The position numbers and the translations under genes were made by a program. DNA of 64,000 nt from Takakia lepidozioides (taxonomy: Eukaryota > Plantae > Bryophyta): the NCBI GenBank assembly GCA_030704615.1, contig CM060733.1, positions 70,432,001 to 70,496,000 of the forward strand. The letters are read 5' to 3'. The notes under the pieces are model-generated. The model made no database searches and was not told the origin of the DNA. It saw nothing but the letters and a program-made list of their open reading frames with translations. Positions 41,301-53,425 of this stretch are shown in pieces; positions within the stretch are counted from its first letter, which is position 1, and each line of letters starts with the position of its first letter.

Positions 41301-44300
41301 AAGATTTGCTCAAACATGTGCATTGCCGCACACGTTTGGAGCTGGCAGTGCAGGGGTTTTTCATTCTCAGAAAGGTGCCACTGAAGTCCAAATTTTGCAC
41401 CCTAAAAAACATTGAAACGTTCAGCTCAAACAGTGTGCGCAACGCACACTGTTTGAGCTGGCAGTGAAGGGTTCATTCATCCTCGATAGGTGACCCCTGA
41501 AGTCCAAATTTTGCACCCTAAAACATTGAAATGTTCAGCTCAAACAGTGTGCGTTGCCGCCACACTGTTTGGGCTGACAGTGAAGGGTTCATTTCATCCT
41601 CAGATAGGTGCCCCTGAAGGCCCAATTTTGCACCCTTAAAAAATGAACGTTCAGCTCAAAACAGTGTGCGCAACGCACACTGTTTGAGTGGCAGTGAAGG
41701 GTTCATTTCATCCTCAGATAGGTGCCCCTGAAGTCCAAATTTTGCACCCTAAAACATTGAAATTTCAGCTCAAACAGTGTGCGTGCCGCACACTGTTTGA
41801 GCTGACAGTGAAGGGTTCATTTCATCCTCAGAAAGGTGCCCCTGAAGTCCACATTTTGCCACCCTAAAACATTGAAACGTTCCGCTCAAACAGTGTGCGG
41901 CAACGCACACTGTTTGAGCTGGCAGTGAAGGGTTCATTTCATCCTCAGATAGGTGCCCTGAAGTCCAAATTTTGCACCCTGATGTACCTTCGTTTGTGTC
42001 ACAACTTGCCAACTGGAACTGCCAATGGCAGAAAAGTGAGGGGTCATTTCACCCTCAGATATGCGGACTGCAAACCAAATTTTTGTACCCTAAAACATTG
42101 AAAGATCTGCTAAACAATGTGCGTTGCCGCACCCTGTGTGAGCTGGCAGTGCTGGGTTCATTTTCATCCTCAGAAAGGGTGCCCTGTTGACGTCCAAATG
42201 TGCACCCTAAAGCAGTTGAAATGTTCAGCTCAAACAGTGTGCTTGCCCTACCATGTTTGGGTCACAGTGTGAAGGGTGTCATTTCATCCTCATATAAGTG
42301 CCCCTGACGTCCAACAAATGTTTGCACCCTTAAAAATTGAAATTTAGCTCAAAACAGTGTGCCTTGCAAAAATTGAAATTTAGCTCAAAACAGTGTGCCT
42401 TGCCGCACACTGTTGACGCTGGCAGTGAAGGGTTCATTTCATCTCAGGAAGGTGCCCTGAAAGTCCAAAATTTTGCACCCTAAAACATTGAAAAGTTCTG
42501 CTCAAACAGTGTGCGTTGCCGCACACTGTTAGCGGCTGACAGTGAGGGTTTCATTTCATCCTCAGATAGGTGCCCCTTGAAGTCAAATTTTGCACCCTGA
42601 TGTTACCTTCGTTGTGTCACAATTGCCAACTTGGAACATGCCAATGGCAGGAAAAGTGAAGGGTTCATTTCACCCTCGAGATCTGACGGCAAAGACCAAA
42701 TTTGTACCCTAAAACATTGAAAAGACTGACTCAAACATGTGCGTTGCCGCACACTGTTTGACGCTGTGGCAGATAGTGCTGGGTTCATTTCATCCTCAGA
42801 AAGGTGCCCCCTGAAGTCCAAATTTTGCACCCTAAAAACATTGAAATGTTCAGCCTCAAACGTGTGCGTTGCCGCACACTGTTTGGGCTGACAGTGAAGG
42901 GTTCATTTCATCCTCAGATAAATGCCCCTGAAGTCCAAATTTTGCACCCTTAAACATTGAAATGTTTAGCTCAAACAGTGTGCCTTGCCGCACACTGTTT
43001 GAGCTGGCAGTGAAGGGTCATTTCACCTCTGATAAACTGACTGCAGAGACCAAATTTTTGCACCCTAAAACATTGAAAGTTCTGCTCAACAGTGTGCGTG
43101 CATTGAGCACACTGTGAGCTGGCCAGTGCAGGGTTCATTTCATCCTCAGAAAGGGCCCCCGAAGTCCAAATTTGCACCTAAAACATGAAAAGTTCAGCTC
43201 AAAACAGTGTGCGTTGCAACGCACACTGTTTGAGCTGGCAGTGACAGGGTTCATTTCATCCTCGATAGGTGCCACCTTGGGGGGAAGTCCAAAAATTTTG
43301 CCACCCAAAACATTGAAATGTTCAGCTCAAAACAGTGTGCGTTGCCGCACACTGTTGGGTGACAGTGAATGTTCTTCTCCTCAGATAGGTTGCCCCTGAA
43401 GTCCAAATTTGCACCCTAAAACATTGAAAACGTCAGCTCAAACGTGCTGCGAAACGCACACTGTTTGAGCTGGCAGGAAGGGTTCATTTCATCCCTCAGA
43501 TAGGGCCCCTGAAGTCCCAAATTTTGCACCCTAACACATTGAAATGTTCAGCCAAAAACAGTGTGCGTTGCCGCACACTGTTTGGGCGGACAGTGAAGGG
43601 TTCATTCATTCTCAGATAGGGTGCCCTGAAGTCCAAAGTTTTGCACCCTAAACATTTGAACCGTCAGCTAAACAGTGTGCGGCAACGCAACACTGTTTGA
43701 TGCTGGCAGTTGGAGGGTTCATTTATCCTCAGATAGGTGACCCATGAAGTCCAAATTGCAACCTAAAAACATTGAAATGTTCAGCTCAAACAGTGCGGCA
43801 ACGCAACACTGTTTGATGCTGGCAGTTGGAGGGTTCATTTATCCTCAGATAGGTGACCCATGAAGTCCAAATTGCAACCTAAAAACATTGAAATGTTCAG
43901 CTCAAACAGTTGTGGTTGCCGCACACTGTTTGAGCTGACAGTGAAGGTTCATTTCATCCTCAGATAGGTGCCCTGAAGTCCAAATTTTGCACCCTAAAAA
44001 CATTGAAACGTTCAGCTCAAACAGTGGCGGCAACGCACAACTTTGAGCTGGCAGTGAAGGGTTCATTTCATCCTCAGATAGGTGCCCCTGAAGTCCAAAT
44101 TTTGCACCCTAAAACATTGAAAGTTCAGCTCAAACAGTGTGCGTTGCCGCACCTTGTTAGGGCTGACAGTGAATGGTTTCATTTCATCCTCAGATAGGTG
44201 CCCCTGAAGTCCAAATTTTGCCCCTGATGTACCTTCGTTTGTGGAACAACTTGCCAACTTGGAACATGCCAATGGCAGAAAAGTGAAGGGTTCATTTCAT

Positions 44301-47300
44301 CCTAGATATCTGACTGCAAGACCAAATTTGTACCCTAAAACATTGAAAAGATCTGCTCAAAACAATGTGCGTTGCCGCACACTGTTTGAGCTCGCAGTGC
44401 TGGGTTCATTTCATCCTCAGAAAGGTGCCCTGAAGTCCCAAATTTTGCATCCTAAAACATTGAATGTTAAGCTCAAAACAGTGTGGTTGAGCACACTGTT
44501 TGGGCTCACGTGAAGGTTCATTTCATCCTCATATAAGTGCCCCTGAAGTCCAAATTTGCACCCTTAAACATTGAAATGTTTAGCTCAACAACAGTGTGCA
44601 TTGCCGCAACACTGTTTGAGCTGGCAGTGAAGGTTCATTTCACCCTCTGATAACTGACTGCAAGACCAAATTTGCACCCTAAAAACATTGAAAAGATCTG
44701 CTCAAACAGTGTGCATTGCCGCACACTGTTTGAGCTGGAAGGCAGGGTTCATTTCATCCTAATTTTGCACCCTAAAACATTGAAACGTTCAGCTCAAACA
44801 GTGTGCGGCCGCACACTGTTTGAGCTGGCAGTGAAGGGTTCATTTCATCCTCAGATAGGTGCCCCTGAAGTCCAAATTTTGCACCCTAAAACATTGAAAT
44901 GTTCAGCTCAAACAGTGTGCGTTGCCGCACACTGTTTGGGCTGACAGTGAAGGGTTCATTTCATCCTCAGATAGGTGCCCCTGAAGTCCAAATTTTGCAC
45001 CCTAAAACATTGAAATGTTCAGCTCAAACAGTGTGCGGCCGCACACTGTTTGAGCTGGCAGTGAAGGGTTCATTTCATCCTCAGATAGGTGCCCTGAAGT
45101 CCAAATTTTGCACCCTAAAACATTGAAATGTTCAGCTCAAACAGTGTGCGTTGCCGCACACTGTTTGAGCTGCAGTGAAGGGTTCATTTCATCCTCAGAA
45201 AGGTGCCCCTGAAGTCCAAATTTTGCACCCTAAAACATTGAAATGTTCAGCTCAAACAGTGTGCGGCCGCACACTGTTTGAGCTGGCAGTGAAGGGTTCA
45301 TTTCATCCTCAGATAGGTGCCCCTGAAGTCCAAATTTTGCACCCTGAAAACATTCGTTGTGTCAACAACTTGCCGTTGCCGCACATGTTTGGCTGACAGT
45401 GAAGGGTTCATTTCACCTCAGATAACTGACTGCAAGACCAAATTTTGCACCCTCAGATAACTGACTGCAAGACCAAATTTTGCACCCTAAAACATTGAAA
45501 GATCTGCTCAAACAGTGTGCGTTGCCGCACACTGTTTGAGCTGGCAGTGAAGGGTTCATTTCATCCTCAGATAAGTGCCCTGAAGTCCAAATTTTGCACC
45601 CTAAAACATTGAAATGTTCAGCTCAAACAGTGTGCGTTGCCGCACACTGTTTGGGCTGACAGTGAAGGGTTCATTTCATCCTCATTAAGTGCCCCTGAAG
45701 TCCAAATTTTGCACCCTGAAACATTGAAATGTTCAGCTCAAACAGTGTGCGTTGCCGCACACTGTTTGAGCTGGCAGTGAAGGGTTCATTTCACCCTCAG
45801 ATAACTGCCCCTGCAAGTCCAAATTTTGCACCCTAAAACATTGAAATGTTCAGCTCAAACAGTGTGCGTTGCCGCACACTGTTTGAGCTGGCAGTGAAGG
45901 GTTCATTTCATCCTCAGAAAGGTGCCCCTGAAGTCCAAATTTTGCACCCTAAAACATTGAAATGTTCAGCTCAAACAGTGTGCGGCCGCACACTGTTTGG
46001 AGCTGGCAGTGAAGGGTTCATTTCATCCTCAGATAGGTGCCCCTGAAGTCCAAATTTTGCACCCTAAAACATTGAAATGTTCAGCTCAAACAGTGTGCGT
46101 TGCCGCACACTGTTTGGGCTGACAGTGAAGGGTTCATTTCATCCTCAGATAGGTGCCCCTGAAGTCCAAATTTTGCACCCTAAAACATTGAAATGTTCAG
46201 CTCAAACAGTGTGCGTTGCCGCACACTGTTTGAGCTGGCAGTGAAGGGTTCATTTCATCCTCAGATAGGTGCCCCTGAAGTCCAAATTTTGCACCCTAAA
46301 ACATTGAAATGTTCAGCTCAAACAGTGTGCGTTGCCGCACACTGTTTGAGCTGACAGTGAAGGGTTCATTTCATCCTCAGAAAGGTGCCCTGAAGTCCAA
46401 ATTTTGCACCCTAAACATTGAAATGTTCAGCTCAAACAGTGTGCGTTGCCGCACACTGTTTGAGCTGGCAGTGAAGGGTTCATTTCATCCTCAGATAGGT
46501 GCCCTGAAGTCCAAATTTTGCACCCTAAACATTGAAATGTTCAGCTCAACAGTGTGCGTTGCCGCACACTGTTTGGGCTGACAGTGAAGGTTCATTTCAT
46601 CCTCAGATAGGTGCCCCTGAAGTCCAAATTTTGCACCCTAAAACATTGAAATGTTCAGCTCAAACAGTGTGCGTTGCCGCACACTGTTTGAGCTGACAGT
46701 GAAGGGTTCATTTCATCCTCAGATAGGTGGCCCTGAAGTCCAAATTTTGCACCCTAAAACATTGAAATGTTCAGCTCAAACAGTGTGCGTTGCCGCACAC
46801 TGTTTGAGCTGGCAGTGAAGGTTCATTTCATCCTCAGATAGGTGCCCCTGAAGTCCAAATTTTGCACCCTAAAACATTGAAATGTTCAGCTCAAACAGTG
46901 TGCGTTGCCGCACACTGTTTGGGCTGACAGTGAAGGGTTCATTTCATCCTCAGATAGGTGCCCCTGAAGTCCAAATTTTGCACCCTGATGTTACATTGTT
47001 TGTGTCACAACTTGCCAACTGTGGCACATGCCTTTGGCAGAAGTGAAGGGTTCATTTCACCCTCAGATATCTGACCTGCAAGACCAAATTTTGCACCCTA
47101 AAACATTGAAAAGTTCAGCTCAAACAGTGTGCGTTGCCGCACACTGTTTGAGCTGGCAGTGGGGTTCATTTCATCCTCAGAAATGTGCCCCTGAAGTCCA
47201 AATTTTGCACCCTAAAACATTGAAATGTTCAGCTCAAACAGTGTGCGTTGCCGCACACTGTTTGGGCTGACAGTGAAGGGTTCATTTCATCCTCAGATAA

Positions 47301-48230
47301 GTGCCCCTGAAGTCCAAATTTTGCACCCTTAAACATTGAAATGTTCAGCTCAAACAGTGTGCGTTGCCGCACACTGTTTGAGCTGGCAGTGAAGGGTTCA
47401 TTTCATCCTCTGATAAGGTGACTGCAAGTCCAAATTTTGCACCCTAAAACATTGAAAAGTTCAGCTCAAACAGTGTGCGTTGCCGCACACTGTTTGAGCT
47501 GGCAGTGCAGGGTTCATTTCATCCTCAGAAAGGTGCCCCTGAAGTCCAAATTTTGCACCCTAAAACATTGAAATGTTCAGCTCAAACAGTGTGCGGCAAC
47601 GCACTGTTTGAGCTGGCAGTGAAGGGTTCATTTCATCCTCAGATAGGTGCCCCGAAGTCCAAATTTTGCACCCTAAAACATTGAAATGTTCAGCTCAAAC
47701 AGTGTGCGTTGCCGCACACTGTTTGGGCTGACAGTGAAGGGTTCATTTCATCCTCAGATAGGTGCCCCTGAAGTCCAAATTTTGCACCCTAAAACATTGA
47801 AATGTTCAGCTCAAACAGTGTGCGGCAACGCACACTGTTTGAGCTGGCAGTGAAGGTTCATTTCATCCTCAGATAGGTGCCCCTGAAGTCCAAATTTTGC
47901 ACCCTAAAACATTGAAATGTTCAGCTCAAACAGTGTGCGTTGCCGCACACTGTTTGAGCTGGCAGTGAAGGGTTCATTTCACCCGCAGATAACTGACTCC
48001 AAGGCCAAATTTTGCACCCTAAAACATTGAAAAGATCTGCTCAAACAGTGTGCGTTTCCGCACACTGTTTGAGCTGGAAGTGAAGGGTTCATTTCATCCT
48101 CAGAAAGGTGTCGTTGAAGGAAGAATTTTGCACCCTTCAACAGTGACATGTGCAGCTCAAACAGTGTGCGGCAACGCACACTGTTTGAGCTGCCACTGAA
48201 TGGTTCTTTCTTTCTCAAATACCTGCCCTT
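20400..48230. repeat. Tandem satellite array: 116-bp monomer, ~240 copies, palindrome-bearing, higher-order structured
   Basis: Consensus gaagggttcatttcatcctcagataggtgcccctgaagtccaaattttgcaccctaaaacattgaaatgttCAGCTCAAACAGTGTGCG-ttgc-CGCACACTGTTTGAGCTGgcagt. Period of 116 measured at 46021/46137. Monomers diverge at both edges. Confidence 0.98.
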
Positions 48231-48599
48231 GAAAGCCGAATTCTTCACAAATGTGGGTCCTGTAGATTTTACCTTTTTCGTGGCTACTCGAGAAGACTCC
48301 CCAATTGCCGGGGACCCTTTCCGCTTCGGGCTGCTCTCTTCGCCGACTATGTAGGTGAGCCTCTCCCCCTTCCTCTTTCCCGTAGTCAGATTCTTCGTGA
48401 GGCCAGTGTCAACATCTTCCTCCATGTCGTCTGTCTCTCCCTCAGACGCAGTGTCCTCCTCGCCTGTTCCTGGAACTATGGTGGGTTGTTGTTCTTCTCC
48501 AGATTCCTGCTCCTCCATCGCCACACTTTCCTGTATTCCCTCTTCTTCCTCCTTTTCCTCTTCCTCCACTCTTTCCATCCTCATTCTATATCTTTCCAT
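47979..48599 (-). CDS. Acidic/low-complexity ORF (~206 aa from ATG 48599) reading into the array edge
   Basis: MERYRMRMERVEEEEKEEEEG...KRKG...KKVK: acidic tract plus NLS-like basic patches, within ORF 47979-49010. No recognisable domain. Confidence 0.45.
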   Translation of the reverse strand: MERYRMRMERVEEEEKEEEEGIQESVAMEEQESGEEQQPTIVPGTGEEDTASEGETDDMEEDVDTGLTKNLTTGKRKGERLTYIVGEESSPKRKGSPAIGESSRVATKKVKSTGPTFVKNSAFKGRYLRKKEPFSGSSNSVRCRTLFELHMSLLKGAKFFLQRHLSEDEMNPSLPAQTVCGNAHCLSRSFQCFRVQNLALESVICG

Positions 48600-49525
48600 C
48601 GGCTCTATTCCTGTTTCTAGAAATCGTGAAGTATAATGACTTTCTTTCTCTTCTCCTCCGCTGGAACAAGGGCTCCCCACGATGCCCTGGAGCTCTCCAG
48701 TTTGACGTTTGCAACAAGTGCTGGTATCGCATGTAACAAAAATCAAAATGGACGTTTTCAACCGTATTTGGATGCGGGTGGGTGTTGATATTGTGTGCGA
48801 CGGAATAAATTCATCCATTTTGCGTCTTTGTATTACACCAGCTAATAAAGCGCGAAGAAAAAGGCATCCGTTGCATGCATTTGCGATAATGTAAGATGTA
48901 CTTCGCCGCCTGCCAATACATGGCGGACCTCCTTGCCTTCTTTCAAAATTCGAATGTGCCGTAGAATGTGGTGCTTTTTCAATTCCGAGCAGTTTCTTCC
49001 AGATTCGCAATAATTGTTATGCTTCAATATGCATCCACGTGTGTTGTACTGCCCTGCCCTGTGGTTTCATTTTGCCGTGACCCGCCCCATGGGGTCATTC
49101 GGATAAAGGATTGTGTCGGATATGACAATGTGTTGCACACATTCGTGAGGAGGTATCTCTTGGAGTGTCAGTGTTTGTTCTGTGCTATTCTGGCACAACA
49201 CAATCTCATTACACATCGGATCTTCCTGTTTACTGCTCTCCAGGTTGTTGCCGTCATTTCATAATGGATGGTTTCATGTCATTTTCAGGGGTTTGTTGCA
49301 TCCAAAAACAGTACGGCTTCTTGTGGCTCTGTCTTTCAAAACAGTTTTTCTGGTTGGTGCGAAGGTGAAGGTGCACGTCATCCCTACATCCTTTGCATGC
49401 ATCGCCGGCAGCCTTTGGTTTGGTGCTACCTTGTTGACCTCAGTTTGCTTGTGGTATTTCCACTTTCGATAATTACGGGCTCTCAGTTCGGGGATTCCGT
49501 TCTGAATCGCCACTTTCGTTCAGTG

Positions 49526-52500
49526 ATGGAAAACATGTCGAGGGAGCGAGATGCACTCGCTCAATTCCATTCCAATGCAGGTACTCTTCCACTGACTGCC
49601 ACTGCAGACGACGATGGGTATGCAGTTGTTCATGAGGATGAACTGGTTACAGTGTTCCCGCTGGAGTTGGGTTTTCTGCCTGTTCAGAAAGAGGTGTATG
49701 ACGAGGATGGGAATTTGGATTCTGGGCACTTGGAGAAAACCTTTGGTTGGCGAGTGTGGAAGGAAGTGGAGAGTCCTTCCAGGAACATACCGTGTCCTTG
49801 GAAAAGAGAGAAGACAATCAGCAGGATCAGTCGTTACCCCTGGCACTGCAGCATCGGTCGTGCAACAGAATGGCACAGTTCCTGTGAAACAAGAGGTGAG
49901 CACATCCACTACCTTTGTGACTCTTTCAGACTCGTCCTCGGAGGATGTTTCTGAGATTCCTCCGCCAGTGCAAACTCCCTTATTGGATGATGACGAATTG
50001 CAAGAGATAACGAGTGTCATTCCAAAATTGAAAGCCCTCGCAGGTGTGCCTGGGTGCAAGAGCGAGCTACGTTTTGTTGATTGGGAGTCCCTTCCAGTGC
50101 AACGGGTTCAATACGTGCCAGCTCAGTTTGATGGGGACATCTTGTTTGAGCTCAACCCTCCCACGTCTTCCAGTGGACTGGCTGGGCTTCTACAGGGCAT
50201 GGACAAGAAACATGACGGACATCCTTGGTGCAGGACAAAAACGTCGAACATCCATAACGACATTGGCTTGAAATTTCGGAGGTCGGTTTGCGTTGGGCAT
50301 TGCAAGTGCCTGAATATTTCTTGCCCTCGGCTGAGAAACAGCGCTCAGCCAAACGAAAGTGAGTGGGAAGGTGTGCCCCTGAATCCTTTCACCCCAGGGC
50401 TTGCACCTCCCAAGACCAATACTTTTGTGTGCAGGTTCTGCAAACTTTCCCCGTCCTGTGTTTCTGTTTGCCACGCTCGTATGTATCAGGTGGCACATCG
50501 ATGCAAGACAATGACTCGTGCCTGCATTCATATGGGTGCACACGAGCATCCTGTGTCCAAAGGGAGTTGCAGGGATAGCGTGGACATCGCTAGAAATCTA
50601 CTGAAGCAAGAGTTCCACAATGCCCCTTGTGCAACACCTTCTGCTATAGCGCTTGCAGCTAGCAAGGCATTCCTGGAAAAACACATACTGGGTGAAGGGG
50701 ATGCGACACAACCAATGCTGGATGCAGATTCCCTTGAGGCAGTCATGGACCATTTCTCCGTGTTGAGCTCTCCCAATATTCGAAACCAGGTGAATGCACT
50801 CAGAATGGGCACAGGCACTGCTGGATTCATGGACAACATTATGGACCTCAAACGGAGGAGTCGCTATGAATTCATTCAAAACAGTATCTTCCCTGGCCAG
50901 GGCTCGTCCAAAGTGTATTTGTTCAAGATGTCCGCTGTGGGCCAAGGCAGTGGTGTGAGCATTGTCCGCCGAATGCAACCTGGAGGAGATTTGGCTAAAT
51001 GTTGGTTAATGTTTGATCACTGCAAATGGGTGAAGGGTTGGACAACCATGGCGTGCCATGTGTATGATCCAACGTACCAGCGTGTGCTCTCCATAGCAAT
51101 TTGTGATATGCAGTCGGAGGACACTGAATCCCAGATGCTCATGTGGAATTCCCTCCTGGCCGTCATGCAGCGCAATGGAATACAGAACACAAATTTTGCG
51201 GGCTTCATGGCTGATAGTGCACAGGCAAATTTCAATGCAGTGCGGCGCGTGTTTGGTTCGGGGGATCCTAAGGTCCCAATGGAAAATAGGGAGCGCACAT
51301 GCCTCTTCCATTGGAGTCAATCTCTGGCACGTCATACAAAGCGCTGCATTCGCCCTGACCTTCAGTTGGAGCATAGAAGGCTCTGTCTGAAGTACAAGAA
51401 TGCCACCTCAATGGGAGAAGCTGAGAGCACTTACCAGGCAATCCGGGCTTGGTGGTTCTCCTCTGGTGCTGCTACAGGTATCCACCTGAAGGAGTTGGAG
51501 GACTGGTTGGTTTTCTGGCACTTCAGGTACAGACAGTGGGGAGCTTTCATGACGACGGTAAGCCTGACAAGTTTTCCTTAAACACAAATTGCACTTTGCA
51601 TCGTGCATGTTCATTTGGGGTTGTTCGATTGTCACTTGAAGAACCTCTACCATTTCTTTTCCTTCCTCACATTTCCATGCAATGCCTCCTGCAGGACATG
51701 TCCTTGGAGGACTTGGCCGACATGCCATCGTGTAATTTGGCAGAGACTGTTCACAACGCCTGGATGCAGCAGTCTACCAAAGCAGGTCGTGACTTGTATG
51801 TGGCCACTGCTGATGACATGGTGCGGGCACTTACACAACAAACCAGGTACCGCAATTTTCTGATGGGACGGGGTGGAGGAAGGGCCCCGATACGACTTTG
51901 TTGATGCTAAGGGCTGCGAGTAGGTCCGGAGACCCGTCAAAGATGGCCAGAGCTCTAAACAGGTGCACTGAAGGCTCCCCTCTGCAATCCAGGCTCCCCC
52001 ATTTGGAAGGCGAGGAAAGATTTGGATCATGCAAAAGGAAATTAAACACTCTTCCAGGGTCAGATGGAGATTCCCATAGGCCAGACAGGGTCAATTTCTC
52101 TGTGCCAAAGGTGTCTCCAGTGCAGACTAAGTCCTGTGCCGGCCCCTTCCCAGGTGGGTCCTCCTCCTGTGGAGCAGGTGCAGAACATGCAAGCATAGCA
52201 GCGGGAATCCCATTGGAGGAGGTGGTGGCCATGGTGCAGGAATCTGATTGCATTGATAGTGACTGGCATATAGAACGCACCCACCACCAGGATCTAGAGT
52301 GGCTTGCATGGCAATTCGGACCCCTCATTCAAGAAATGCAAATCAAAAATATGCAAAGGCTCCAGGGGGACTCCAGCTCCAACATTCACAGGGTTGTTCC
52401 GACCTTATCATAGTGGGGAGTCAAAAGAGCACAAGTTTTGGTTCTGCCCAGACGATATGGCACGATGCGTGAAGGGAACAGTTCGTCCTTCCGTGATAAT

Positions 52501-53107
52501 GAAGCCCCCTCCCCCCGCAATTTGGCCTGTGAAAATTGGGACATCGCTGTCCTCAACCGAGATAAGCATGTTGGAGGAGGGAGGGTTTTGTCTTGCACAG
52601 TCCCGGGTGGTGCCCTTATGCACTGTCGGCACAGATGTGCCACATGCTCCGACAATGCCTCCACCCGGTGCCGACTCCCACCCAACAAAAAGAGATGGAA
52701 AAACAGTGCGCCGTGTTGCTTCGGGTGCAGATCACGAATGCAAGATGGAATCGGCTAGAATTTTGCAGGCTCGGGTGACTCGTATCACCAAAGTCCCTTC
52801 CCCGGGGTATGGACGGATTTACACAGTGCTGTCAATTGGCTCAGTTCTTCATGCCAAAGAATATCAGGTTACCATCGGGAATTTCCCTTCGTGCACTTGT
52901 CCGGATTTTGTAACGATGCGTGAGGGCGCTCTCGGCATGAGAGGGAAGTGGGTCCCCTGCAAGCATCAATATTACATATACCTTGTAATTATGTGTTGCG
53001 ACGGTAAGAGAGACCAATTCATTCACCAAGCCACACTAGGCTACGGAGAAGTCATCACCCTTCTGCAGCGGGACACCTCGCGTAGAGCTCCGCCAACTTC
53101 TCTTTGA
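49526..53107 (+). CDS. Mutator-like (MULE) DDE transposase with GCM-like Zn DNA-binding domain and C-terminal SWIM finger, ~1140 aa, one intron, ~3 frameshifts
   Basis: DGHPW..CVGHCKCLNISCP..CRFC..C..HMGAHEHP (GCM/WRKY-type). WLMFDH (D1, ~51015), GFMADSAQA (D2, ~51213), CLFH (CxxH, ~51300). Intron 51558-51694 (GTAAGC...TGCAG). CNLAETVHNAW (E, ~51743). SWIM CTCPDF..PCKH (~52892-52966). Frameshifts near 49805, 51885 and 52295. Confidence 0.88.
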
Positions 53108-53425
53108 ACACATACGAGCCATGCCCGCTTCCCATGCTGGTTTCCAGGTTGCCGTGTGAAGACTTTTCATTTTATGACAAACATATACATTTCGTTCACG
53201 GAACCAGGGCAAATGCACTTGCGATTCATTGTAAGCGTCTCTCTGTGAATTGAAATAAACTGTGTCAATCATTCTGAGCTCAAATCTGCCATATTTACAT
53301 ATTCCTCTTTTTTGGCACGCATTGCAGACATGGTGCATGGTGGCCTCCTTTGTTTTGTCCACGGTAATAGGCCCTCTTCCTGCAATCCTCGCCTATAGGA
53401 CCTGCTTCTCCAGCAGATTCGTGCC

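Noticed and set aside
21062-47684. Dozens of short ORFs in the array (VKGSFHPQIGAPEVQILHPK...)
   Set aside because: The 116-bp period is not a multiple of 3, so these are chance read-throughs of the repeat.
20400-48230. CRISPR array (palindromic repeats at regular spacing)
   Set aside because: The 76-bp inter-palindrome segments are near-identical rather than unique spacers, there are no cas genes, and the context is eukaryotic.
20400-48230. Minus-strand exon/intron reiteration (69-nt exon GAKFGLQGHLSEDEMNPSLPAQT + 47-nt GT-AG intron)
   Set aside because: The intron would be much shorter than the ~95-140-nt introns nearby, its donor lies within the hairpin, and the regular tgactgcaagacc variant is 1 nt shorter and breaks the frame.
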